The notes under the pieces are model-generated. The model was not told the origin of the DNA. It did not search any database and was given only the letters and a program-made list of their open reading frames with translations. Of a stretch of 64,000 bases of DNA, positions 1 through 12,509 are shown in pieces. The stretch is from Octopus sinensis (taxonomy: Eukaryota). Positions within the stretch are counted from its first letter, which is position 1. Every line of letters begins with the position of its first letter. The position numbers and the translations under genes are program-made. The stretch is taken from the NCBI RefSeq assembly GCF_006345805.1, contig NC_042997.1, positions 71,858,001 through 71,922,000 on the forward strand, in the 5' to 3' direction.

Positions 1-1178
1 CATAGAAAGACTATATATATACAACGTATAGAAGGTGGTAGAGGCCTTATACAGCTGGAAAACTACTATAAAATAACCACCATAGGACTGCAAAAATATC
101 TACTTCAGAAGGAAGGAAAACTGATCCAGATAGCGGCAAAACACGAGCAAAACAAAAAACTGTTCTCAGTATTTAAGGAAGCTGACAAATACAAACAAGA
201 AATCATACCACCTAATAAACATGAAGAAGAAGAAGAAGAAAATGAAGAAACAACAAAAGCTATAAAACAAATGAAATCCAAACTAAGAATAGAACAGCAA
301 CGAACCATGTTAAAACGATGGCAAGAAAAGCCCCTTCATGGTAAATACTGGACTAAACTAAACGCAAAAGAAATAGACAAAGAAAAATCCCAGCAATGGT
401 TGAGAAGCTCAGGACTCAAAGCAGAAACAGAGGGATTTTTAATTGCAGCACAAGACCAAAGCCTCCCCACCAGAAATTACCAAAAACATGTAATGAAAAG
501 AAATATTACAAGTAACTGCAGAATATGTGGAGATGGACAAGAAACAATAAATCATATTATCTCTAGCTGCCCAGTCCTGGCTAAGAAGGAATATATTCAC
601 AGACATGACAGAGTTGGAACCTACATACATTGGAAGCTATGCCAACATTATGGAATAACAACAGAAAAAGATGGTATAGGCACACACCAGAAAAGGTCAC
701 AGAAAACGAGAAAGCAACCATACTCTGGGATATGCCGATACACACAGATAGAGAAATTAAGGCCAACAGACCAGATATAGTTGTCAGAGATCATGAAGAA
801 AAAAATGCTTTCTAATTGATGTATCAATACCGGCAGATGACAACGTGTCTCTAAAAGAAATGGAGAAACTCTCAAAATACAAAGACCTGGAAATAGAGGT
901 AACTAGAATGTGGAATCTGAAAACAGAAACAATTCCTATCATAGTAGGTGCATTAAGCATGATAAAAAAATATTCAGACAAATACATAACAAAAACAGCA
1001 GGACTTACAAACACATATAACATACAGAAAATTGCACTACTAGGCACTGCACACATCCTACGCAGAACACTTTCCATACAATAACCATCAGAGCATCACA
1101 ACAAATCACAGCACATACCCAAGGCACACAGAGCTGCGCTCGGTAGTGAAGTGAAAGCACGCTATAAAAATAAAACTA

Positions 1179-1181
<3 letters not shown>
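1..1181 (+). mobile_element. 3' portion of an R4/Dong-type (restriction-like endonuclease) non-LTR retrotransposon, frameshifted
   Basis: ORFs 271-780, 630-815 and 845-1084 carry LIAAQDQ, the zinc knuckle CRICGDGQETINHIISSC, the RLE motif NRPDIVV...(LIDVSIP)...EKLSKYKDL and PIIVGAL. The 3' UTR ends directly in an (AAT)n array. Confidence 0.9.
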
Positions 1182-1212
<31 letters not shown>

Positions 1213-1230
1213 TTACTGCCATTACTACTA

Positions 1231-1288
<58 letters not shown>

Positions 1289-1299
1289 ACTACTACACA

Positions 1300-1357
<58 letters not shown>

Positions 1358-1370
1358 ATAATAATATAAT
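1182..1370. repeat. Compound (AAT)n/(ACT)n microsatellite
   Basis: Directly visible. Confidence 0.95.
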
Positions 1371-1925
1371 AGCCCTGATGCAGTACCAGACAGTGGTTCT
1401 CATGGCTTCTGATCTTAACTGATTGGAAGTGTTATCATGTACATTGTTTTGTCTTGGTATAAAAGATGGGCTACAGCAAATATTCTGCTCAATACCACAG
1501 ATTTGCTTGTCAGTTGTTTGACCTTAACCAGTTGAGCATGTCTCTTAGTGGCTGGCGATATGTGCATCTCTGATCACGAGCAGAAGTAGTGGGGAGCATC
1601 ATAGCCATGTGTTGAGAGGGATTCTTTGGGGCTTGAATAGTTCACCTCTGGAAACATGGGTGGTTCTTTCAACATCCTTAAACAACCCTTATTCAGGGAC
1701 CGTTTGAGCGGGATGGGCTACTCAACCTGAAGAAAATTCTAACTGGGCTCCACCTGCAAGGTCATGTGTTGTTTATCTTGATATGAGATCACCATGTCGC
1801 GCACATATGGTTGTGATGCATGTGCCTGGTGTACCCTTATCAGACGGGTAGTCATGATGGGTATATTGGGCTTCGTATATTTTACCCCAGTGTCACTTTG
1901 ATGGCATGAACTGCTCTCTCACTCA
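1371..1925. mobile_element. Unclassified ~555 bp non-coding interspersed element flanked by (AAT)n
   Basis: Sharp switch to higher-GC, non-repetitive sequence bounded on both sides by TAA repeats; no ORF of note. Confidence 0.5.
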
Positions 1926-4900
1926 ATAATAATAATAATAATAATAATAATATACTACTACAAACAGACACCGTCAACTAACACTACAATGTGCCAAAAG
2001 TATTATTGAAATCAAAGAAGTAATGAATTGCATGATTATGAAATTTAAATTTTGATATTTGGTTGCTCACTTTTAAAAAGTGTAGCTGCTGTTTTGTTTC
2101 ATGTGACTCACACTATGTAAATTCACTACACTTATTTACGTTTTACCCAAAAGAATCAAATCTGAAAACATAACAGGAGTTACTTTGATTATCATAACAT
2201 ATCCAAATTGTTTCTTTCTTAGCCTACAGTTCCCCCACCACCACTAGAATGAATTTGATGCTAACACTAGAAATGTCTCTCTCGAGATAATATTTCTACA
2301 TGCAATATGGCGATATATAGAGTCATTATTATAGTACGATCGACCACATGAAAAGATTGTAATCAAGCTACACAAGTTTTTATCCACGACCTCATTAATC
2401 CAATAATTATGTAAATCATCAACAGACAAATACGAAAAACTTAGTTCTTAGAGTATAGAGCTGAAACGATAAATAAAACATAGTTCAAGAGATCTGAGTG
2501 TACGATGCTTTAGAATGACTATAATAGCTTTAACAAACTAAGGAAGATATAGAACATTTTAATATCTTCTTTGTATTTCGTGTATTAAATTTACGATAAA
2601 TTTTAAAATAGTAAATTGAAAGTATATAATGTAAATTTGATACGAACAACATGTTAATACATATATATGCCATTAGAAAGTTGAATCTAAAACTTGTATT
2701 TCAAAATACTTTCTTTTTATTGAATATTTAAATTTAAAATAAATATTAAACAATAGGTTGAAATAAAGTAAAATAACACAAAATAACTGAAAAACAAATA
2801 TTATTTAAAACAACATCATTAAAAGTATAGAGATTTTAAAAATGTTTTGAAGAAAGGTCAGAGTGTTATCTTGGAAAGAAAACAAGCTATGCAACAGAAT
2901 CTCTTTGTTTACTTTCTGTAAAGTGTGCAGTAAATATGTACATAGAAAGTAAAAAAAAAAAATAATAGTATGAAAATATTTAGTGGCAGAAACTTGAATA
3001 AGGGTGAGAGTAAGTTGATCACTTGTCAAAATAGATGGATATCTATTTTAATGTTTTAACAAGAATTGAAACCTTGTGAAATATGATAAGAAGTGATGGG
3101 CGCAACATAATTTATCAAATACGGTAGTAGCAAAGAGACAGTATTTCACACCAATACTAGAAAGACCACCACTGTGAAAAAAAGCCACGATCACTACCTA
3201 CAGACTGTACTAAGTGCATCTATCAACTACTAAACCGGCTTAAATCGGTTCATGTTCACCCGCATTAGTTTATAAAGGATAGAAAGAAACAGTTATATAT
3301 ATACCCATTATACTACCGTGTGTATATAAATGTGTGTATGTACATGTGCATGCATGTGTAAGCATGTGTGTATGTGTGTACATGTATAAATATTTCTATA
3401 CTCTTACTGTTGGGCGCAGGATGATCAAATAGTTGCGTTAAGAAGTTAGCTTTGCAATCTCGAGACCTCGAGTTCGATCTTACTGCATAACACCCCGGGA
3501 AAGTATCTTTTACTGTAAGTTTGTGTTGGTTCGAAGCTTGTGACGGAAACTGGGTTGAAGAAAAGTGCACTGAAGTCCGTCGGATGGATTGTATCTGTCC
3601 AGCCTTGTCATATGTTGTGTACTAGATTATTTGAACGCTAATTCATTGTGTACGCAATTCATTTAATCGAGCCACTGAATATTCATCGTCGAAAGTAGTG
3701 GGGGTCCATTTACTTTTTATATAAAACCACATATCACGCTAAAGTGCGATACTGCTAATATCACACCTGTAAGATATTAATTGACCTGCTAGAAACTTCA
3801 GCATATCTCCCTTGGATCATACTCATGAAATAACAAAATCTAACAAGGAAACGAGTACGTAACTATTCAACCTGCTAAAGAAAGGAGCCAATCCTCACTC
3901 AAACCCCACCTACCAGCTTAAAAAAGAACATGTTGGATAATGTTGTCTTAGTTTCCTGCACATAGGAAAAAGACAGGACACTAATAATTGAAATGCTTTT
4001 GGTCATATATCTGTTAAACCAAACGGGGTTAAATAACAATAATGGCAAAAAGAAGTTAAAGGCAAAAACTCTTATATATCCTAGCTTTGTCTCACATTTC
4101 ATAATGATTTTTCTTTGCAACCTCTTACGTGTATGGCTGCCAAAATGTCAACAAAACACCCAGCTTCCCATACATGACAGAAAATCACCAAGTCTGATCC
4201 GTTGCTGATATTCTACAAAGGCCCAAATGTAAACCAAAATTGGATTAACGCTCATAAATCTAAGACTGTACTCTTGCTACGTTCAAGTACATGGTGGGCT
4301 TCAATGAAGGAAAACCACCCTGTTAATTGGCAAAGATATCACTTGTAGACACGCAATAACTACTAACCCACGTTTGTACATATCCTTTCTAACTTCACTA
4401 TCCAACTGAACTGGAGAGTTATGTACGACTTTTAACCATAAATAACGGAGGTGCCTACTAACTGGCAGACTCTTATACGTCATCTTTCAAATCCTGTAAT
4501 ATTCACTTTACTTAGTCTTTTCTTCCCAGAACCGCTACCCTCAACAAAAATAAAGACAAACAGCGATTCTTCAGTCTCTCTATAGGTCACTGACACATCC
4601 GATTACATAATAGAAATAATTTTAAAAACTTATTGCGAAGTAATTTTTAAGAGGGTTAACATACTAAAATCTTCCCTATGTTTCTTTTTAGCCCTTGATG
4701 AGATTTGTATTGTGTCCTTCATTGTTTTATCCTTTAGTGACAAGTATTTCCCATTTTGAGGACTCGAAACCCTCGCTTTTGAATACGGAATGGCTTAATC
4801 TCTTAACCAATCACACCATTTCAATAAATGATGAGATAGAAAACCAACGAGAGATTTTCTATTTGTCGTTCGATCAGCCGTGGATAACTGCCAGATTTTT

Positions 4901-5126
4901 TTAAAACCATAACCTACTATCTTAAAAAAAAGACACATTATATAATCTTGACCGGGTTAACAATTACTAAAGTAAAAAAGAAAAACGCGTAAGATATGGC
5001 ATGGACACGACTTGAATGCTCCATGATCCTGCCCACTTTATCAAGGTTGACCTAGGACTAAAGAATAACATGCGCATATATTATATTTTTGTTCCTCTTT
5101 ACTATTAAAGCTTCTTTAAGGATATG

Positions 5127-5214
<88 letters not shown>

Positions 5215-5224
5215 AGAGAGAGAG

Positions 5225-5870
5225 AGAGTAAAGATTATTTGCCAACATAATGTGGCAGTCCTGGTTAGGACGGTTGTCACTGTTATTTAGCCCCAGGAAA
5301 CATCGTCTCCACCTGGCTATATGACACATTATCTGCGACCTTATATTTTCGAACAAGGGAGTTTAGCGCCCCCACTCAGCTCAAAGCAATATCTGCGTAC
5401 AATGATTTCTGGGTTATTTCTCTTCATCAGCACATAATAACTGCACGGCTAGAGATGGCACCACAAAAGTCTTGTTCCAAATATATACTTTGCAGAGTGA
5501 CTGATCTAATAAATAAAAGGACTGCCACATTATGTTGGCAAATAATCTTTACTCTAGAGTACTGTTACTGAATGTCTCTCGTTAAGTGGTTTAGAAATAA
5601 TAATGTTCTATTTGTTAGATCCATGACTGTGCGTCACTTTGAAAAGTATATATTTAGAACAAGAGTTTAGTGGTGCCATCTCTAGCCGAGCAGTTATTCT
5701 GTGCTGATGAAGAGAAATAATCCAGAAACCATCGCATGCAGATATTACTTTGAGCTGAGTGAGGAAGCTAAACTCCCTTGTATAGCCAGCTGGAGACGGT
5801 GTTTCCTGGGGCTAAATAACAGTAACAACCACCCTAACCAAGACTGCTACATTATGTTGGCAAATAATAA
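5225..5870. mobile_element. Fold-back arrangement of Penelope pLTR-like modules with degenerate hammerhead motifs
   Basis: 5225-5262 is inverted at ~5518-5556, and 5235-5500 is inverted with a deletion at ~5635-5868. CTGATGA...GAAA cores lie at 5392-5436(-) and 5698-5742(+). Flanked by (TA)n. Confidence 0.6.
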
Positions 5871-5899
5871 TAATTATTATATATATATATATATATATA

Positions 5900-8800
5900 T
5901 TAACTTAGATATGTTTCGACCAAAAATTGGTCCAGGCCATGTCTAACTTAATAGCATCATCTGATAGGATTATCTTAAGGTCCATTCAAGTAGTGAATTC
6001 TTGTTCAGTGAGTTGTATCCAGGCATGGGTGGCTCGTCTGGTATACCTTGAAGAAATCTGTCCAGACTCCGTTTAAAGGTGATGGGATCCTTTTCCTCTT
6101 TGATCAGTTTTGGGACAATGTTAAACAGGGCAGGGCCTGTTGAGGAAAAGAAATTGTGTCGCAGTGTACCTATATGTTGGGATCCTGAATTGGGCATGGG
6201 ACGTATGGCCCGGGGTTCCAGCCTTGGATGAACCTTGAAACTAATGTTCAGGTCGTTTGGGCAATGCTGGCGGTATATTCTCCACATCGTACAAATGATG
6301 TACCGCTCGCGGGGGCGCTGGAGAGAGTAGAGTTTCAAGGCTTTAAGGCGGTCCCAGTAATCGAGATCAGTCATGCCTTCAATTCGTTTAGTGAATGCCC
6401 TCTTGGATGGTTCAATTTTCGAGATGTTTTGTTTCGTATGGGGAGACCAGAAAGGGCAGCAGTATTCGAGGTGTGGCCGTACAAAGGAGGAAAAAAGTGG
6501 AATGATGACACCTTGTAGACCGGAAGGTTCTTAAGATCCAGGAGCTCATCCTACGAGCTATATTGACCTTATTGTTGATGTGGGCACTCCAACTGAGATT
6601 GTTATCAACAATTACACCTAGGTCTCTGATTTTATTAGATGTTGAAGGAAGAAAATATGGCTATTTTAGTATAGACTTTCTTCCAAAATGCATCAGCTTA
6701 AATTTTCCCTCGTTTAGTTGCATTTTGTTTTTGTCTGCCCATTGACTCACAGCATATAGATCAGATTGGAGTTGAGTTCGGTCTTCTTCTTCATTGATGA
6801 TTTTCTGGAGTTTAGTGTCATCAGCAAATATTTTCACTTTGCAGTGATTTACGACGCTGGAAATGTCGTTTATGTAAATTATAAAGAGGAGCGGGACCAA
6901 GACAGTCCACTGAGGGAACCACTGGTGACTTTTGCTGGGCTTGAGTGGACTCCATCAATCACAACATGTTGTGTTCTATTCTCCAGGAAATACTTAATCC
7001 AGTGTAGAAGTTTTCCACGGATTCCAACATTTGCCAATTTTGAGAGTAAGACATTATGGCCAACCTTGTCGAACGCTTTACTGAAGTCAAGATATATGTC
7101 ATCAGAGTTCGAACTTGTTCCCAAAGCTTTAAGTATATCTTCAATGTGGTGTAAGAGTTGTGTTAGACAGTCCCTGCCACAGCAAAAGCCATACTGATTT
7201 GCATTTAGGAGTTTGTGGATCTCCAGGAAGTCAGCTATCCTTGATCTTACTACTCGTTCAAGCACTTTAATTATGTGAGAGGTGAGGGGGATTGGGCGAT
7301 AGTTGACTGCAAGGGGTCTGCTTCCCTGCTTGAAAACCGGGATGACAGACTGGGATAGGAAGTGTTTCGGTATATAACCTGAGTCTAAATAATTTCTCCA
7401 GAAGTTGGTCAGAGGGACTGCAAGTTGGTGTCTACATTCCTTCAGGAGACTAGCGGAGAATCTATCAGGGCCTACAGCAGAATAATATTTGACCTCATTT
7501 TTCGCTGCTATGATGTCTGAGGCAGTGAAGGTTATGTCCGAGATTTTATGTTGAGAATCAACTTCGTTCGCCTCCCTTACCTCAATATCAGTGGGATCAC
7601 TAAAGACAGAGCTGTATTGTTTCTGCAGTATTTCTGCCATTTCTTTAGCATCATGTTGAGGAATGCCGTTATCATCGATCAATGGCCTAATGGGTGAGAC
7701 AGCTGTTCTATGTTTATTTGCATAAGAATAGAACACTTTTGGGTTGGGTTTGATGTTTTTGATTACTCACTGTTCCTCCGCAGCTCTTGGATTTTCAATG
7801 GAGGTTTTCATGTCGATCTTCAGATTAAGTTTTTCAACTCCAGCCTTTTCATTGTTGTTGAATGTGGATGTTGTATGTGGGAGTGTTTTAATTGGTTGAT
7901 TTTTTTTATTGAGTCTTTAGATGTGCCTGATGAGTGTTCTTTTCTTTCTAGGGAGCTGGTTTCTATTTGTGTTAATGGATTTCGTAGGAGCGTGTTTTGA
8001 GCATGTATAGGTGACAATGTTCTCAAAGTGCTGCCATGCGGTCTCAATGTGAGAGGAACTGAGAGTGAAGAACCAGTCAATGAAGAACAGATCCTTTCTG
8101 ATTGCTCCCCAGTCTGCTTTGTGGAATTTATGTTGTCAAATGAGTGCCATGGTGTGGAATTAGCTGGTTTAGTTTTGATATGGCGAATTAAAATTGCAGA
8201 GTATCATGTCGTGGTCTGAGAGGAGAGTTTTTTTCAACTGAAATACTGTGAACGGAGCTAGAGTGGTTCGTTAATATTAGATCCAAGATCGTTTTATTCT
8301 ATCTTGTTTGTTCAAGCACTAGCTGAGTCAGGAAGAATTTATCCATTAGATTAAATAGTAAGTCTGCTGCTGCTGCTTTGTCTGATGTATAGCATTTTCC
8401 TAACTTCAGAGTATTTGTGGACCAGTTTATATGAGGGAGGTTAAAATCACCCTTCACTAGTATGTTTCCGGAGTTGTATTTTTGAAGGAAGGGCTTGATT
8501 TTGTTGAGGCACTCTTCAAAGTAATTTAGAAGTGCTTCAGGAGGCCTGTAAAAACCAACAATGATTAAGTTTTTGGCCTTGTTAAATAGTGATATAGATT
8601 CACAATAGCCATTGGAAAATATGTCCTTGGCATCAACTGAAAAGAAGCCATGGAGAAAGATGGCTGTCCCCACTTTATTTCACTCTGTGCGATCTGCACG
8701 GATGATGTGAAGTCTTTTATTTTCACTTCGGCATCGATATGTGTGCTGTTTAGGTGAGTTTCAGTAAGGATAAAGAAAGGGAAGCAATACGCAGGAGTGG

Positions 8801-8931
8801 CTGTGTGGTAAGTAGCTTATTTACCAACCACATGGTTCCGGGCAAGTGTCTTCTACTATAGCCTCGGGCCGACCAAAGCCTTGTGAGTGGATTTGGTAGA
8901 CGGAAACTGAAAGAAGCCCGTCGTATATATG

Positions 8932-8966
<35 letters not shown>

Positions 8967-10060
8967 TGTGTGTGTTGTGTGTGTGTGTGGTGTGTGTGTG
9001 TGTGTGTGTGTGTGTATGTTTGTGTGTCTGTGTTTGTCCCCCTAGCATTGCTTGACAACCAATGCTGGTGTGTTTATGTCTCCGTTACTTAGTGGTTCGG
9101 CAAAAGAGGCCGATAGAATAAGTACTGGGCTTACAAAAGAATAAGTCCCGGGGTCGAGTTGCTCGATTAAAAGTGGTGCTCCAGCATGGCTGCAGTCAAA
9201 TGACTGAAACAAGTAAAAGAGTAAAAGAGTAAGAGTACCGTTTCGGCAAGCCAACTCCCTTCATATGGGATCTTCTATTTTTGGGTAATGAGTGATGGGT
9301 TGATGCTACGTACATTTAACAGGAATGTCGAGGTAAGGGTAGTTTGATGCTTGCATTGTTCTAAGTTATGTTTTATGTTGTTCAGTGGTAGCAATGAGGG
9401 TAGTTTTTGCGTGGAGCTGTGTGTGTATGGTTTTCTAGTTGGTGGTGGGTGGGTGTTCCTTGTGTTTTGCATAAATGGTTGCTGATAGCTCGTTGGATCT
9501 CCTGGCCTTCATATTTTCTAGATAAGTTAGTAAAAAAGAGTTGCCTCTTTGGTTTGCCACTTGGTCAGATGATATATAGTTCATGTTTATGTTATTTGGT
9601 GTTATAGTTTTTCCATACTTCTGTCCTCGTTGTTTGGTTGTAGGAGGTGAAATGCGGCTGTATTTTGCTTTTGTTGTTGTCGTAGGTCTCCTCCTTTGCT
9701 GTTTATATTTATTTTTCGGTCGTTTTGTGCCCTTCAGATGGTGGTGGTTGCATTCTGTGTTCAAGCACATCCTTAGTGACACAGAAGTTTGGCACAGTTT
9801 AGGATGGAAGAAGGTGCATCCATTACCTTTTGTGTTCCATATTGAGGATCAGGGCCATGGACTCTGTATTTAGGACAGTATTTGGGGTGGAGGTGAGGGC
9901 AGTTTTTTCCTGTTATGCCATATGGACAGATGCTTTTAACAAGTCTACGGCATAAGGTAGGATGGAAAAAAGCAACTGTTAGTGCAACTGGGGTCAAATC
10001 TACAGTTACCTTGAGAATGGTAACGACAGGGATGTTGACGTGGGCATAGTAGAGGTTTTT
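5900..10060 (-). mobile_element. CR1-clade LINE (CCCH-finger ORF1 remnant, AP endonuclease, RT), decayed and interrupted by a SINE
   Basis: APE motifs LLNVRSI, ILTETHL, GFYRPP, GDFNLP; RT motifs NYRPIPLTS, YLDFSKAFDKV, IFADDTKL; C-terminal RLKALKLYSLQR.RERY typical of CR1; multiple frameshifts. Confidence 0.88.
8790..9236 (+). mobile_element. tRNA-derived SINE (family 1) with internal (TA)n(TG)n, inserted in the CR1 endonuclease region
   Basis: Head GCAGGAGTGGCTGTGTGGTAAG (A-box-like; B-box region deleted). Body is shared with copies at 21645, 24672, 37114 and 62280. Tail AAGTAAAAGAGT repeats. Confidence 0.85.
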
Positions 10061-10124
10061 CTATGCTGACAGGCTCGTTGGTCAGTGGTCCTATTGTAGT
10101 AGCAGTAGCAGACTGTTGTTGTTG

Positions 10125-10125
10125 T

Positions 10126-10157
<32 letters not shown>

Positions 10158-10441
10158 AGTGAGTGTGTGTGTGTGTGTTTGTGTGTGTGTGTCCTCACGC
10201 GCGTGTGTGTGTGTGTATATTTATGTGTCTGTGTCTTTGTGTCAGTGTTTGTCCTCCACAACCGCTTGACAACTGGTGTTGGTGTGTTTATTTCCTTGTA
10301 GCTTAACGGTTCAGCAAAGGAGACCGATAGAGTAAGTACTAGGCTTAAAAAAACATCAGCCCTGAGTTCGATTTGTTCGACTAAAAGCCCTTCAAGGAGG
10401 CGCCCCAGCATGACCGCAGTCAAATGACTAAAACAAGTAAA
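10125..10441 (+). mobile_element. SINE family 1, 5'-truncated
   Basis: (TA)n(TG)n followed by the same 3' body (CTTGACAAC...GCAGTCAAATGACTAAAACAAGTAAA). Confidence 0.8.
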
Positions 10442-11661
10442 GCGTTGAATTACAAATAATCACATAGATTATAAACACTTATCATAAATGAGAAAAATTA
10501 CCTGAGTGAAGACAAAAATCTAACGACCAAAAATAAAAATTCAGTTGTAATGTCAGAACCAATCATTTTGATTCAGCCCACTATAAAGCAATCAACAACA
10601 CTTTATTCAGAAAATACGACAGTAAAGATCAAGAAACATGGATCATAGATTTGGAAACTTAACTGTTTTCTACTAATTGCAAAGAAGTCATACAGAAATA
10701 TAAAGAAGAAAAAAAGATAAAATTAGAACGCAGTTGTGCTCTTAACATACATCTAAAAGAAAGGCTGTTCTCCGTTTAAGTATGTGCATGTGTGGGTATA
10801 GGCGTAAATATATAATTTACAATCTTTGGTCTCCTCTCTTTAATAATATAGGCTGTATACGTTTGCATAAACTCGTGCATGCGACTTTGTGCATATGAAG
10901 ATACCCTATACATCTATGGGAAGGCGAAATATGGATGTAAAGTCCGTTCCATTCACAAAGCAAATGATTTGAACAAAGAACTGAAAGCGTATTGCAGCCT
11001 ATGCTTTCAGATAATTTATTGTTTCACTGCACTCGCATATGTAAACAAATGCCATACGAGTGAAATCATTTACATATGTATATCAGTTAATGTGTTAAAG
11101 TTTATTAATTCAAATCAGGTTACTGTTGAGTCGCCAGAAATTGTAGATTATCACACTAATTGGCATGCAGTATTTAGTTTCACCACCTCTACATTTTGAG
11201 TGCAAATAAACAGAATATGTATGAAGCAACTTCTATCGCATTTTGTGCACCAGTCTTTGTTATGCTTTCTATTTTTGTTTGGATTATGAATTTTTATTTA
11301 TTTATTTATTTAGTTATTTCTTCCATGTCAGCTAATATTTATATAATGACCGTTATTTGGCAGAAACGGTGCATCAGTGACATATATCTTACAATATTTA
11401 AAATTAGTCAAACAAGACTAAATTCATTTACCAAAACATAAAGGGAAAAATGGAGGTGACTTTGGACAAAACAAGCATCAATTCTCTTTGAATTCATGCT
11501 TTCTCCGTGACACACGAATATATTGCATTTAACTAACATGTTTTTTTATCAACCAGCTCTTTGCCGATAATATAAAGAAAATAGAAGAAATAAACTGAAA
11601 ATCGCCAACATCGCTAATTTTGCTCGAAAATTAAGGAGCGATTCAACTGAATAAACTAACG

Positions 11662-11754
<93 letters not shown>

Positions 11755-12153
11755 ATGAGCGCTGTATCAATGATTAAAGTGAACTGGTTCGTGTGTATGC
11801 CTGTGTGCTGTAAAAATGAAATGTAAATGGTTCCACTGTCGGCTTCAATGATATATATTCTAGTTGCTCGAACAACAAAACTTTCTCGTTGAATTATCAT
11901 GTGATTAGTGGGGTATTCTACCTGTGCTGATACTATTAGCGTAACCCCTGTGCAGAATCAGCGTGTTAGAGTGTGTGGCAAGGTTGCATAAACTGTTCAA
12001 CCAGCACTCTATGGTAATAACTAAGTGGAGACGAAAACGGGAGCTATAAAAAGAAATATATAGTCTACATATAGACTTATGTTTTATAGAAGCAGCATTT
12101 TGACAAATTTGAAAGATAAATATTTTGAAATTAAAATTATGAGTTCTACTTAC

Positions 12154-12509
12154 GACACCATCACAAAGTGTTAAGGCAGCAGTGTTTTTCAAATCTTTCT
12201 TCAGTGTTTTAGAAATATCCTTGCCAACATACATACAGTCAGGTACATTCAAATGTAATGCTGTGCCGTTTCCAACGTCATCCGTAACTCCTTTGTTTCG
12301 TTTCCAATGGTATATTTTAAAACCTGGGGCTAACAAATCTGCATTTGGCTTCAATTTAAAATGAAATCTATTGTTGAAACCAGTAATTTGCAGATATAAA
12401 ACAGAATTCTTGTTTTTGTTTGTGCTTCTTTTTCTTCGTGATAAGTGAATATCATGGGACTGAAACATACCTTGGTGATTTACAAAGGAGGGATAGGTTA
12501 GTTCATAAT
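12154..12509 (-). CDS. Internal exon of an ADAMTS/ADAM-family metalloprotease (reprolysin M12B pro-domain)
   Basis: Acceptor tttttcAG and donor GTAAGT. Translates (D)YELTYPSFVNHQG..SHDIHLSRRKRS..FHFKLKPNADLLAPGF..CMYVG..AALTLCDGV, matching the ADAMTS pro-domain pattern including a furin-like RRKR. Phase 1 start, phase 0 end. Confidence 0.88.

Noticed and set aside
1182-1370. Regular repeats as a CRISPR-like or telomeric array
   Set aside because: Simple trinucleotide microsatellites without spacers; no TTAGGG arrays; eukaryotic context
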